This document shows, in pieces, positions 34,542-48,230 of a stretch of 64,000 nucleotides of DNA. The position numbers and the translations under genes were made by a program. The notes under the pieces are model-generated. The model was not told the origin of the DNA, did no database searches, and was given only the letters and a program-made list of their open reading frames with translations. Position 1 is the first letter of the stretch, and each line of letters starts with the position of its first letter. The stretch is from assembly GCA_964016885.1 (NCBI GenBank), contig OZ024743.1, forward strand, positions 46,500,001 through 46,564,000, written 5' to 3'. This DNA is from Eledone cirrhosa. Taxonomy: Eukaryota.

Positions 34542-35838
34542 CTCTAAACTAATGTCTATGTTTATAGTCAGCATGTTCAAAAGACCAGACCAAGGATAAT
34601 GTTCATACTTTGAAAAATGGGAAACATTTCATATATACATATATGTGCGTGCGTGCATGTGTTATTTAATTCAATGAGGACATTTCTAACGTTTCAAGGG
34701 TGACAGGCAAAGATTATAAAAATAAAAAAAAGTAGAAACAATTATTTGTTGGAAATTATATTATTTTGTTGGGTCCATTTTTTAAATACAGAAAAAAAAA
34801 AAAAAAAAAAAAAATATATATATATCGTATAAATGTTAAAAGACAGGAAAAAAGTAGATAATTTAATTTGATTTAAAAAAATACAAAAAGTAAATGAATG
34901 TTACTATTATTTATTTCATCTTAAAGAGTTGCCGCAGGCAGTTAGGAACCGAATTACATGTTTTGCGGTATCAAGTTCGGTGACCTTTAACTATCAGATC
35001 AGAACTAGTGAAAATCGATATCTCCTATAAAATCAATAAAATAATCATCAGTTAGATTTTGAGGTTGATACAATCAACTATAGATTTTCTCTTATAAAAA
35101 AATATGTTGTATCTACTAAAAACTAGTGGTTTATTTAAACTTAAATACGCACTATTTTTTTACTTGTTATATTATTCCGCATTTAATATAGTCCTCGAAT
35201 TGTCGTCTGCAAACTTCGAATTGCTGAAGACAACTTTAATGGAAGAAGTACAATTTATTTGAAAATTACGATTTAACGTTTCAATTTGGTTATTTCATTT
35301 GTTAATTAGTATCTGGTAACAAACTTTTTTATTCATAATTTTCTATATATTTAACTAATTTCTTCCTCCATGTAAAATGTTTTAAAGAAAACACGTTTGA
35401 TAATTTTGGCGCCTTTGACAAACATGACTGACTTGGAAATACTTCAAATATCATCTGAAATAGACGGAGCTATAGTAATGTTCTTTGTAAAACAACATTT
35501 TCAAACAGAAGATAAAAAAGAAAATAAATTTATCTCAGAAAATTATGTTACAACAATGTGTAAAATTATTTTATTCAAGACAACAATTTACTCCAAAATG
35601 CTGAATACATTTATCATAATGTTAGGAAATAATTCCTTGGAGACTTCTATGAATATTTTGCTTTATATATCGACTAAAGTAATGCTTCTTGCGATTATAA
35701 ATATTCAGTTATAATTATGCAAATCTTGCTCTTTTTCCGAATTTCTTCCTGAATAGTTTCTTAAATTTCTCCTTTCTTCTTATAAGAACAATTTTGTTTC
35801 TGATAAAGCTTCAATATTTTCTTTAAATATATATACAA

Positions 35839-35888
<50 letters not shown>

Positions 35889-36399
35889 ATATATCTATAC
35901 AATGATATATATATATATATATATATATATAGTAATATTTAAAAACCAACAACAAACAAGTTCCTGATTTCCAAGAAAGTCATTAAATTTATTTGAAAAT
36001 TAACGAATAAGAAAAGGAAGATTGAAGTATTTAAAAAAAAAAAGAAAAGTTGAAAGTAAGGCGAAGTTATATTCTACTCACATCTAAAATGTATTATAGA
36101 AATATAAATCGAACTCAGTTCTTCGTTGCTACTATATCGATCCCGGATGGATGAACTGTAAAGTTGAGTTTGGCTGAATGTACGTAACATTGTTTTTACC
36201 TGGATTTATTTCTCTGTTCAATCTTAGATAAGTATCTACTTTAATACATTTTTTAAACCTTTTATTATAATCAGATTACATGCAACATTTTAGGGAATAT
36301 TTCGCTTTGGGTATATAAAATGACATATATATATTTGCTTCCACATTTATTATTATTACTAGTATTATTATTATTATAATATATATATATATATAATCA

Positions 36400-37430
36400 A
36401 AAGGTCTAGTTAAAACTCAACAATCCCCTACAATCAAATAGGCTCAAGGAACCTGGTTTGCTTGAAGCCTTGTGGAATAAGGAATATAAATATATATAAT
36501 TACAAACAAATAAATCACATGGAAAGGATCATTCACAAATAAATCTTCCAGTTTATCGATTAAAAAAATTCAAAATACGAATATTTATAGTGAAAAACAT
36601 TTGAATCATCAGATGTTCTATGTGGAGTAATTCTAAATATGAACAAAAACTTGACTTTAGTTTTCAGTGTAATATCCACTTTTATCTCCTTTATCGTCTC
36701 TTACAATGTGGACAGTGGCTCATTTACTATGAAACTTTAGGGCCCATAATCTTGGGAAAAGCTCAAAAGTAATTTACAGGTTGAGAAAGGGTCTCCCATA
36801 ACAGTTCAAACTTCAAAGACTCAAAAGTTTAGGTCTGCCACTAGCTCTCATCTTGGTCATTTAAGGAGGGGTGATGGAGGGCTGTAAATTTATTCCTAAT
36901 AATTCTTCACTGGTGAAATATGCACCATTATTAATGTTTTAAAAATATCATAGACAGGCCATGTGTGGTGAGGTTTCATCTCAATTTCTCAGCTGTTCGA
37001 GGGGCTGCCACTGAATTCATGATACTTTAGTCTATTTGAAGTATGTGCCAACAACGATTAAGAATTATGTCTCAATGGACTATATCTACATGGTTGGATA
37101 TTCCCAGTCATGTATTGAAGCATTAAGGCAACTTTGACCCTGAATGCATATTTTACAGGCCTCGTATGTCATTTAAGAACTCTTGTTCAGGTTTGACCAC
37201 TAAATATATACTTTCATGGATCTCATGCTTCAGATTTAATTTTCGAGGAACAACAAACCAACTTGTCCACTATATTTCATTATTTTCACAACTCAGTTTT
37301 TCTTGTTTGTTAAAGTATATTTTTTAATTCAGCAATGATAATGTGATTCCCCAGCCATTCATGGTAAAGTTATATATTCTATTCAGAACAGGATCTTTTC
37401 TGGGTTCTCAATATATTCCAGCTACAGTCA
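36400..37430 (-). mobile_element. Very decayed RT relic, probably Penelope-like
   Basis: MGDPFS-like motif at ~36780-36800 and a faint PKI-like remnant; starts next to (TA)n. Weak. Confidence 0.3.
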
Positions 37431-37843
37431 AAAGGAATTAACTAAATCTATCATAACCCTTATTGTTATTATGTTTATTTGTCTATGCTTGCGTGGGTTA
37501 GACAAGTCCTCTCCAGTACGACATCTTTCTGTTTGTTTCATCCCTTTGTGAAGTGTAGTTTGTTGAGGTATCTTTCTCCATCTCTGCCCACATTCTTCTT
37601 GGTCTTCCTCTTCTACGGCTTCTGTCCATATAAACTCTACTTATTGAATTCTCCCTACCCTCACAGGTAGATATCTAAGTCAGTCGCTTGTATTCGCATT
37701 ACTCAGGATTCATGACTATAGGTAAGGGTTGGCACTAAAACCGAACTGACGACATGGCTTTTACACCTGCCCCCCCCCCCCCCCCCCTTCTGGCTACTGA
37801 ATGCTGAAATCAATTTTAAAATACAAAAACAAAACAAACTATG

Positions 37844-37876
<33 letters not shown>

Positions 37877-39384
37877 GATAAGTAGTAACACCTCAGTTAG
37901 TTAACCATACTGAGAACAATTGTTTTACCTTATGCGGATTTTTCGGTATGGTGAACTGTTGTGTTACTACTTCTACCAAACACGTCTCATGGATTGAGTG
38001 CTCTACTACTACGGATATTACCTTCCAGTGTTCTACCTATATATATATATATATAAAACAAGTGGTGTGCCCCAGAGAACTGATTGGGACCATATTCTGT
38101 CCCTGTTCTTACTTCAACTCTTTCAATTCTAGAAAGGTCTTTAAATGGCAGAGAACTTATTGCTCTTCTGTTTTCTAAATACAAAGCTTTTTGTTAACCA
38201 ATTACCCTTTTTGTGCTTTGTCCATCTACGGTTTAACCAATTCCAACAAACCATCAGAATCCTCTTGGTCCTAATCACAAATCTTCCAAAATATCAGCTC
38301 TTTACAATGATTCATCACTCATCAATTCATTCTTTTTCCATAAAAGGATCAGAACTGACCAAGCTCAGTCTTTTCAAGTACAAAAATATTAAAATTTTCT
38401 GCCTGTCTATTACAATCTGCCTCCACCAAGCACATTTCTGCTGTTTCTACATATTTTTCATGCCGTGTTATTTAGCAGGAATGAACAAAGCAACATAACT
38501 GGAATCAACCAAATATACACCATAGAAGCACCAAGAGCATTATTTCCAACTATTTCTGAGTATTCTTACAGGTTGTCATCCACCATTGATGAAATAAGGT
38601 TAGCCATGAGATACAAATCTGGTCAGAAATTGCTGTTAAAATCAGCATCTGGTGCTATGTCTCCTTCCAATAACACTTAATCTGATGATTTTCTTTCATC
38701 ATTAACTCACTATTCTTATTCTTCCTCCATTACAATGCTGCCAGCTAATATTACATTCAACTTTTAAAAAAGAGGTACCATGAAATCTGCCCATTATCTG
38801 ATCAAGCCTCTTTATCCATTACAAATAAATACCACAAACAGTGGTAATCATCATCATCACCGTTTTACGTCCATTCTTCCATGCTAGCATGGGTTGTCCT
38901 GTTGTGGGCAGTGTCCGATCGGCTGACCTTGTCTTGCTCCTACGGCAATTGATTCTGGCTTGATCTCTACAGCTGGATGCCCTTCCTAACACCAACCTCA
39001 TTTACAGTGACATAAATCTTAAAATCACCAAACTGTAAACATTTGAATTTACAAACTTGCTTCTACATATTCTTTGTTAAGTCTACAGGATATTAAATTA
39101 ATCAGGAAACTGAACATTCTGTCAATCTGCCTTGCGAAAACAACATTTCATAAAATTCATCAACAATGTTTCTACAAACCATCGACAACAAAGGTAAGCC
39201 TGAAAATTATGTTTCATATCTAAATATTATGTTAATAATTTCTGGAAAATTATAATTCTATTGCCAATAACTCAGACATTCAATCAAACTTAAAGCTGGT
39301 GTTTTCAATCAGTGTTTAATTTTATATGGGATTACATCTTGTTTAGCATTTACTTTGTTTTTATAACGTAAAGAATCTTGTTAA

Positions 39385-39580
39385 CCTTTTCATTACCATA
39401 TTTCTAATGAAAGACACAGCCCACAGTTTTTTCGTTTTGAAAATAATCAATAATTTGGAGTAATGTAGTAATATAACTTTCTCATTATTAATCTGGTGTT
39501 TGGAATATAACAAGGGTTCTTACATAAAATTATGATGACAGTTTTATATCAGAACCAGGAGTGACTTGGTATCAAAAGGG
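39385..39580. mobile_element. TTAA MITE (second family); related copies at ~365-470, 12374-12630, 19449-19665, 25980-26140, 59746-60236
   Basis: TTAA-CCTTTTCATTACC ... GGTATCAAAAGGG-TTAA; shared internal sequence between copies. Confidence 0.7.
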
Positions 39581-42500
39581 TTAAGGGTAGGTTAGAAAAT
39601 CTTAACCAAAATCATATCTGCTCTATGTCTACAAAATACTATATCTTGTGTTTATAAACTGATGCTCAATACAACATTTCAAGCCTGAAATTTAATGGAA
39701 TGGTGTATTCCTAGGTCATATTATACATGAACTGTCTTCCTGAATTGCAGAGTGTGATGGAAATAGAGCCAGTAATGAATATTGTGAAAAGAAATTGGAT
39801 GTGATGGTTAAGTCATATGTTGAGGACGGATGTGACTAAGGAATAGAGCCAGTGATGAACATTGTGAAGAGAAATGCAATGAGATGGTTGAGTCATGTGT
39901 TGAAGGATGTAAGTGACTGGGTGAGAGGAGTGATGGAAATGAATGTGGAAGGAAGTAGAAAGGGAAAAGTATGAAGGAGGAAATGAATGCCAGGGACTGG
40001 TGAGATGTAATTGCAAAAAATTGGTCAAAATAGAGAAGATTGTCATGAGGTCCTAGAAAGCTAACTCATGTTTTAGCAGAAAAAATGGCTTTAAAACACT
40101 TTTGTTACCTAACCAAACCAAGGTTGAAATGCAAAAAATCTAGTGCAGATCAATTGCATGAAATAAGTTGTAGCTTCTCTTACAGCAGCATCATTCCTTT
40201 TTGTACTACCATTTGAGTATGTAGGCAATAGATTAAACATGGTAGGTTGCCATTACTTTCTATTTTCACGTAGTGTGTGGAATTTGAACTCAGAATACAA
40301 AGATCTTAAACAGATTCTGCAATGCATCTTGTGTGATACTCTAATAATTCTGCTAATCCACTACCCCTGGATGGTACTGTGTTTATCAATCCCAAAAGGC
40401 TCAAAGATAAAGTTGACCATGGTAGGATTTGAACTCAATACAGAGAGCTGAAGCAAATGCTGCAAAGCATTAAATTTCCTAAAATTATGCATCTTAGAAT
40501 AGGATACATTTGATAATGTAGTCTTTAGTTTCCCTGCACATAGGAAAAAGATGAGATGGTCATAGCTGAAATTTCTTTTACCATGTTTGCTTTATCAGGG
40601 TTGCCCTAGAGCTAAATAACAACAAAAATGACCTAAATTTATTTTAAGGTGTAAGCTGCTTTTGTAGGAGTTTGTAAAAATATTCTATTTACCAGTTGTA
40701 CATCTGTTGCATTGCTACCTGGTGTTGTATTGTATCCTTCAGTGATTTCTGTAAAGTTCAGTAGATCTTGAATCTGCATATTCTGATTGATAAGTGAAGT
40801 GCACACTCTAGGTAAGGATAATACCTTCTTTATTTTAGTTTTATATTGGAAGGCTACTGTTTCTAATTATTTCTGCTTACAGCAGAGTTCACAATAAATT
40901 CCTCCCATTTCTTTAGATATGGTATTTCTATAAGAAACTTTTCTGATACTTCTATTAGGAATCTAGCAAGAAAAGGGATGTAGGCGTAAAAGCCAAACTT
41001 ACTATCTTCAATTCGGTGTCCATGCCTACCCTTACCTATGGTCATGCATAAAAGAATACAATCACAAATACAAGTGACTGAAATCGAGTTCCTCCGAAGG
41101 GTCTTTGGAATAACCTGGAGATTACTATGGAGATGTGGTTAGAATATTTAAGGAAAATATCTCTGGACTCATTTTATAGACATAGTTAACTGGCAGAAAA
41201 GCCAGAGGTAGACCATGAGCACGATCTATAAGCTCAGTAGGTTTCACTTTGGGATCCAGCTGAATCATTTGGAGATGGTTGCTTCTGATAAGACCCCCCT
41301 GGTAGACATGACTGATGACTTTGTCCCCATGACCCTCTCAATAATAAATGGGCAAAGAAATTGGGTAATCTTTCATTTTAAGTGTTATGGAAGTGAAAGA
41401 AAAAAATAAAACAAATAATACCAATAATCTGAAGAATTGTGAATTTTACAGTTTACATCTAGCCGGTACCTATTACTAGCTTTGCACAAGCCTACATTTT
41501 ATGTTAGGCCTGGATCTATTAGCAGCTTTGGAAGCCTACATTTCACATTTGGCTTGGTCTTATTACCAGCTTTGTATAGACTAGTCATGAATTCAAAGGT
41601 ATTTGAATAGTATTTTGTCTTTAGGCAAGACATATTACTACTCCTGTAGTTTTATTTAGTTGAAAAGGTATTTATTCTTACTACGACCTATGTAATTAGT
41701 GTAATAGATCATTATTATTATCAAAAGTTACGTCCCTTTACGGATTGAGTTCAAATCCCGCCGAGGTTAACTTTGCCTTTCATCCTTACGGAGTCGATAA
41801 AATAAAGTACCAGTAATACACTGGGATAATTGCTGGCCTTGTGCCAAAAGTAGAAACAATTATTATTAATTTGTTTTGTTTTCCATGCTGTCATATGTTT
41901 GGAATGGTTTGTCATGGTCTGTGACTGAGCTTGGAGAGCCACATTTTGTTCATATATTCGTTATTTTATTGTAGCACTAGTACTTTACAGAGTGTACTAT
42001 TTTATTGTGATACCAGTATTATCATTTTATAGAGAATAGTGCATTTTATTGTTGCACAAACATTACCTGCAATGTACAGTAGAACAGTATTATACATAGT
42101 GTAATAGAAGATGAGCCAACAGTGTATAGTAAAATAATGAGATCACCCAAGAATGTACAGTAATGTATGTAAAGGCATGTGGTTACAGTGTTGGGTTCAT
42201 CATTGTAAGTTTCTGTGTTTGATTTCCATAATGGGTTGTGTGTTGTGTCCTTCAGCAGGATACTTTATTTCATGTTCCAGTCCACTCAGCTTAAAAAAAT
42301 GAATAGCTACAGCAACTGGGGCTTATCTCTGAAACAGACTGTTGTCCCATCCAGAGTGAAGTCTTGTTCTCTATTTGCTTAATGCCAAGAAAATGAGCTA
42401 AGGCCTGGGACAGGCTTCAACTAACCTAATAGTGTACAGTACAGTTAAATAAATGGTCCTTTTCTCTTAGAAAATAAAGTTGTTTTGAAAAGTAATGATA

Positions 42501-42892
42501 ATTAATTCCCAATGATAAAATTATATGTGAATTTACTGATGATAGATCCTCTGTTGGTTTCAATAATGAACATTCAGTTGTTTATTCCAACTTGTGAATT
42601 AATGTTTAAGTGATTGAGAATTTTACAGACATGTGTACCCTTAATGTAATCTTGAAACAATATAAGGATGGACCTTGAAATTACAGGTATAATCCATTCG
42701 ATGGGTTTCTGCACAGTTTTCATTTACTGAATTTCACCCTTAGGTTGACCCAAAGCTGTGTATAATAAAACACTTTCCCAAGATGTCACACAGTTGGATT
42801 GAACCCAGGACCACATGATTGCAAAGCAAATTTCTTAATCACTCAGCCATGCTTGCATCAATGCCAAAAAAATATTCTAAATTCTTAATGTA

Positions 42893-43343
42893 TCTCCAAG
42901 ACAATGTCACTGGACCGAGACCTTTGGCGGTACTCAGTAACAGAGAAGACCCGCCTTACCTAAATACATAGTAAAACCTACTACAGCCAGTAGGCATCTC
43001 TAACAAAATACACCCCCACCCCCACCCCACCCCGTTCTATGTAAAGTTATGTTGGTGCCGCGCCATCCAGGCCGAAACAAATGAGATCGTGTAGGTGTCA
43101 CGACAAAAAAACACACAGTCCACGCTGTAATGTGGCCGTGTAGGCAACACGGTAAAAACCTCCCAGACCCACACTGTAAATGTGGTTGGTGTTAGGAAGG
43201 GCATCCAACTGTAGAAAACCTGCCAGACAGTCCTATGCAAGCAAGACAATCACTCTTGCCTCAAGTGGGACTACCCCCGTCCAAACCCATGCAAGCGTGG
43301 AACACGGACGTTAAACGTTGATGATGATGATGATGATGATGAT
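42893..43343 (+). mobile_element. RTE family A, short 5'-truncated copy
   Basis: Nearly identical to ~31449-31925; (GAT)n tail. Confidence 0.92.
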
Positions 43344-43496
43344 TGTATGTAACATGCAGTTTATATACTGGCTGTAAATTATGGTGTTGGTTTTACTGAT
43401 GATCACGTTTGTGGGTTCAAGCTTTACTACTACTAATATATGTAGGGCTAGCACCAGGGTATTTAGGTTACTCTTACAAAGTGAACCACCTTTTAG

Positions 43497-46400
43497 TCGT
43501 CATCATCATCACCATCATCATTTTACGTCCGCTTTTCCCTGCTTGCAAGGGTGGGACAGGTCTTATTCAGCACAGCATCTCTGTACTTGTCACGGTCCTT
43601 CGTCATCTCCACCGTGAACTTCAGCGATCTGAGGTCTGTTCTCACCACCTCCGACCATGTTTTTCGTGGTCTACCTCTACCACGTCTTCCTTCAACTGGC
43701 ATTTCCTGGCACTTCTTCACTCATTGGTCATCCTCCATGCGCATCACATGTCCATACCACCGCAGTCTCCTCTCTCGCACACTACATTCTATCCCTCTCA
43801 GACACAGTTTCTCTCTCAACACATCCATGCTGGGTCGTTCACGCACATTGACATTGCACATCCAACGGAGCATGCTTGCCTCATTTCTCTCCAGCCGTCG
43901 CATATCCTCTGCAGTTGCTGCCCAAGTCTCACTACCATGCAGCATCACGCTCCTCACACAAGCATCATATAATCGGCCTTTCGTACGCAGGGAGAAACCC
44001 TTCTTCGTCAGCAGAGGAAGCAGCTCCCTAAACTTCTCTTCCAACCCATCCTTATTCTAGATACTATGGCCTCGGAACACCCCCCCTCACATGCTAATCT
44101 GATCTCCTAGGTACCGGAAGCTATCCACCATTTCTATAGCACCCGCCTGCATTTGAAAAATGTGTCTATCAATGCGACTTCTACTGTCTAATTTCCCTGT
44201 ACATCTACTGCATACGTATTTCTCCCTACCTGTTAGTTTTCCTGCTATCCCACTACATCTCTTGTGTACCCAGGATCTGCATTGTGTGCATTTTATAGAA
44301 TTTATGCCAGTTCCTTTTCTGCATATCGATCATGGCCATTTCCCTGACGGAATTAGAGTTTTGTCCTCTTTTCTACTCATCAACACTTTTGTCTTAGCTA
44401 GGTTCACTCTCAGTCCTCTTGCTTCCAACTGCTGTTTCCATAGCCAGAATTTCTTCTCTAGCTCCTCTACTGATCCTGCTATAAGAACCAGATTGTCAGC
44501 ATAGAGAAGTTCCCATGGACAGCCAGTCTTAAACTCCTCTGTTATGGCTTGGAGCACTATAATGAACAAGAGCGGGCTGAGGACCGAACCTTGATGTACT
44601 CCTACTTGTATCTGGAATTCCTCACTAAACTCCATTCCTACCCTGACTTTACTGAGAGTACCTCTGTACAAAGTTTGCACTGTCCTTCAAGTCATTCCTC
44701 AACACCTAATTTCCTTAGGGACCACCAGATGACAGATCGGGGTACCCTATCAAAGCCTTCTCTAGGTCAACATCTGTTGTACTTTTCCCAGGCACAAAAC
44801 CAAACTGCATCTCATCTAGTTTGACCCTTTCTCTAATTAGTTGTGCTAATATCCTTTCTGCCACTTCAATAACCTGATCCATCAGTTTTATACTCCTATA
44901 ATTGCTCCTCTCCAGAGCATCCCCTTTACCTTTGTAGCAATTTATGAGAATACTGTTGCACCAGTCTTTGGGTATGACACCACCATATATAGCCTGATTG
45001 ATGATGCGTGCAACCAGTTTAGTGCCTATGTCCCCTGATGCCTTCAGCATCTCAGCAACTATCCCGGATGGTCCAGCAGACTTACCATTTTTCATTTCCT
45101 TAATCGCCTCTTGGACCCTATATTCATCAATCTCAATAGCTGGTCTCTCTCTCCCATTCGTTCTCCACATTCATCAGTCTCTCATAATGACATTTCCAGG
45201 CCTCCTTTTTCTGCTCATTCGTGACACTAAGTACACCGGCATCATTCCGGACACATTTATCTCCAACAACATCCTGATTTGCATTGACACACTGCCTTGC
45301 AATGTGGAACACCGCACGCCTCTGATCTTCCCGTTGCAGAACATTGGCAAACTTCCTACTCTCAGCCTACCTGCGTGCTAAGTACACCTGACATCTAGGT
45401 TCTCTCTTAGCGGGTGTATATCCTTCTCTACTCCCACCCTTTTTCCAAGCCTTCCATGCTAGTCTTTTGTCTCTAATGGCCCTATCTACTGTGCTGTTCC
45501 ACCACCATGTCACTGCCACAAATTTCATCAGTAGCCTGCAGTAAGTTGTCACGTAAGAAATTCCAGTTATTATCTGTCATACGACTCTAAATCGTCTTCT
45601 TTTTCGTCATACACATCTTGAAGGGCTTTCCTAAATTTGTATTTTAGTGAAAGGTCTTTTAGCTTCCAGACCTTTCTTCTCCACACCTTCCTGTATATCT
45701 CATTCCATCTCTTGCTTACTGAGATATCACTAACAACTAACCTATGCTGTGGGGTACATTCTTCCCCAGGGTATGCCTTGGTATTTGACACCCGCTGCCT
45801 AACTAGGCAGAAGTCAATCTGGCTTATGTGCTCGCCTGATTTGTAAGTTATTAGGTGGTTGGCAGGTTTCTGGAAGTTAGTGTTGCAAATAGTCAGTGTA
45901 CTTGCATCACAAAATTCAAGAAGTCTCACTCCTTCATTTCTTGAGCCGTCACCGTGCCCACCATGTACCCCAGTGTAACCATCCTGGAGCTGTCCAACAT
46001 GACCATTGAAGTCCCCTGCTAGCATAACGATGTCTCCGTCCTCTGTCATTGTGGCTGTTTGTAAAAGTTGCTCGTAAAAGCAGTCTTTCTCTTCTTTGCC
46101 TAGGCCTGCTTGGAGAGCATAGGCAGAGATGATTGTCAGTAGTCTCCTGCCTACAACTAATCTAAGCTTAATTATTCGATTATTAACTCGAACTACCTCT
46201 ATTGTCTTATTGATCGATCTCTCAGCCAGGAAAATGCCTACTCCTCCTAATCCATCATCCTTACCTACCCAGAAAAGCTTTAGCTAAGATGTTTGCCTGC
46301 GACTAGTCTTGCAGAGGCACCTCTCCATCTCACCTCTTGCACGCAGCACACATCCACATGCCTTATCTCCAGCATCTCCGCTATTTCACCAGATCTACCT

Positions 46401-46525
46401 GTGAGAGTGCCAACATTAAGTGTTGCAACTCTGAGATGCGATGTCTTCATATTTTTGTTGTTCCTATATATTTGTTGCTGTGCTCATAATTGTTTTGGCA
46501 TTGGTTGGATGCCCTTCCTAACAGT
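43497..46525 (-). mobile_element. RTE LINE family B, near full length, disabled
   Basis: ATG at 46450 (MKTSHLRVATLNVGTLTGRSGEI), APE (GDFNGHVG, QIDF, QHRLVV), RT (QFGF, GVHQGSVLSP, YADN), PHD finger remnant at ~44205-44340. ORF ends in the (GAT)n tail; several frameshifts. Confidence 0.92.
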
Positions 46526-46743
46526 CATGCATCAAATAAAATAATTTCAACTTACAGTTTGGCAAGCTGACAAACATAGTTTTCAACACTTCTTACTCTA
46601 AACACACTGAAAATTACTAAGCATTTTGTACTACACGGTCCCCGACACACCTAGGTCAAAACACCATATAACCCTTTCCACTGTATTGACTATTTCCACA
46701 TTGTTCCTACTTGGCAAAGATGTTTAGCAATTAATTTATTTAT

Positions 46744-47088
46744 GGAGGCACATGGCTTAGTGGTTAGAGCATTGGCCTTGCAATCGAAAGGTTGTGAGTT
46801 CAATTCTCAGACCGGGTGATGTGTTGTTTCCTTGAGCAAGACACTTTATTTCACATTGCTCCAGTTTACTCAGCTGTAGAAATGAGATGATAGGGACTGG
46901 GGTCCCTATCATTCCACTGTAAAGTGTCGTGGAGGTGCCACGGCAAAAAAAGCACCCAGCACTCACTGTAAATGAGGTTGGTGTTAGGAAGGGCATCCAG
47001 CTGTAGAAATCAAGCCAGAATCAGTTCCTGTCCCACCCTTGCAAGCAGGGAAAAAGCGGACGTAAAATGAAATGATGATGATGATGAT
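46744..47088 (+). mobile_element. Full-length tRNA/CORE-like SINE with an RTE-derived 3' part
   Basis: A box TGGCTTAGTGG, B box GAGTTCAATTC, CORE-like CCTTGAGCAAGACACTTTA, tail CCTGTCCCACCCTTGCAAGCAGGGAAAAAGCGGACGTAAAATG then (ATG)n. Confidence 0.85.
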
Positions 47089-47429
47089 TGCAGGGAATTA
47101 TTATATATTTAATTTAACTATACAAATATGTATAAAACTGCGATCCTTTAATTTTCAGTAATGCTAAGTCTGCGCTCTAGATCACCATCAAGTTGGCTTT
47201 AATGGCAGTACGGGACCCTGAATATATCGTTTGTCTTTTCTGCTGCTGGACTTAATTGATATGAAAAAGTTCTAATGTTCAGGACAATCATTTATGGTAA
47301 CAATTATTACAACAGCATCAAAATGTTAGCATTACCACAATTGTATTAACATGATACAAATAAATGTAAAAAACAGTTTTTTTAATCAAATTAAAAACTT
47401 TTTCTGTTTTTAACATTTTGCATTTGACT

Positions 47430-48230
47430 GGTCAGTGTAGGATCAGTCGGTTGAAATTTGCAGACGACATGGTACTACTTAACTCATCAGAAGGTGATTT
47501 CTAACATGCACCTGATAGGTTTGATGCACACTGCTGCATGGCTGGAGTGAAAATCAGTGCTGCGAAAACTGAGACACTCATCATATCAAGGAAGCCTGTG
47601 CAGTGTTTTCTACATGTGAATGAATTTTCACTGAACCAGGTGAAGTTCAATCATCTCGGGGCTGTATTCGCAAGTGATGGAAGGCAGCTGATGCAGTAAT
47701 GCACCAGCTTCAGTATTTGGTAATCAGAAAAAGAGAAGTAGATGTAAAAGCCAAACTTGCTATTTTCAATTCGGTATTCGTGCCAACCCTTACCTATGGT
47801 CGTGAATATTGGGTAATGACTGAAAGAATACGATCGCAAATACAAGTGGGTGAAATGTGGTTCCTTCGAAGAGCCTCTGGAGTAATGTTGCTCGATAGAG
47901 TGTGTAGCTCGGAGATCAGATAGTTGCTCCAGGTAGAGCCGCTACTCCTTCAAATTGAGAGATCACAGCTCCAATATTACTGGCATGTGGTTAGAATGTC
48001 TCAGGAAAGAATTGTTGGACAGATTTTACAGGCAAAACCATCCAGCAGGAGACCCAGGGCTAGATCTTGTGCAAGATGGTTGGATAACATCCATGAGCTT
48101 GGCTGGTCTCACTTGGGGATCCAGCAGGATCAATTGGAGACTGTTGCTTCTGACAGGACCCACTGGAAGGAGTATTTGAGAACTCTGCTCCCATGACCCT
48201 TTCAGGAATAAGTAGGTGAAGAAGAAGGAG
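47430..48230 (+). mobile_element. RTE family C 3' fragment
   Basis: FADD remnant, VPTLTYG..W, RSQLQYYWHVVRM; tail ATGACCCTTTCAGGAATAAG..GAAGAAGAAG. Confidence 0.85.
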
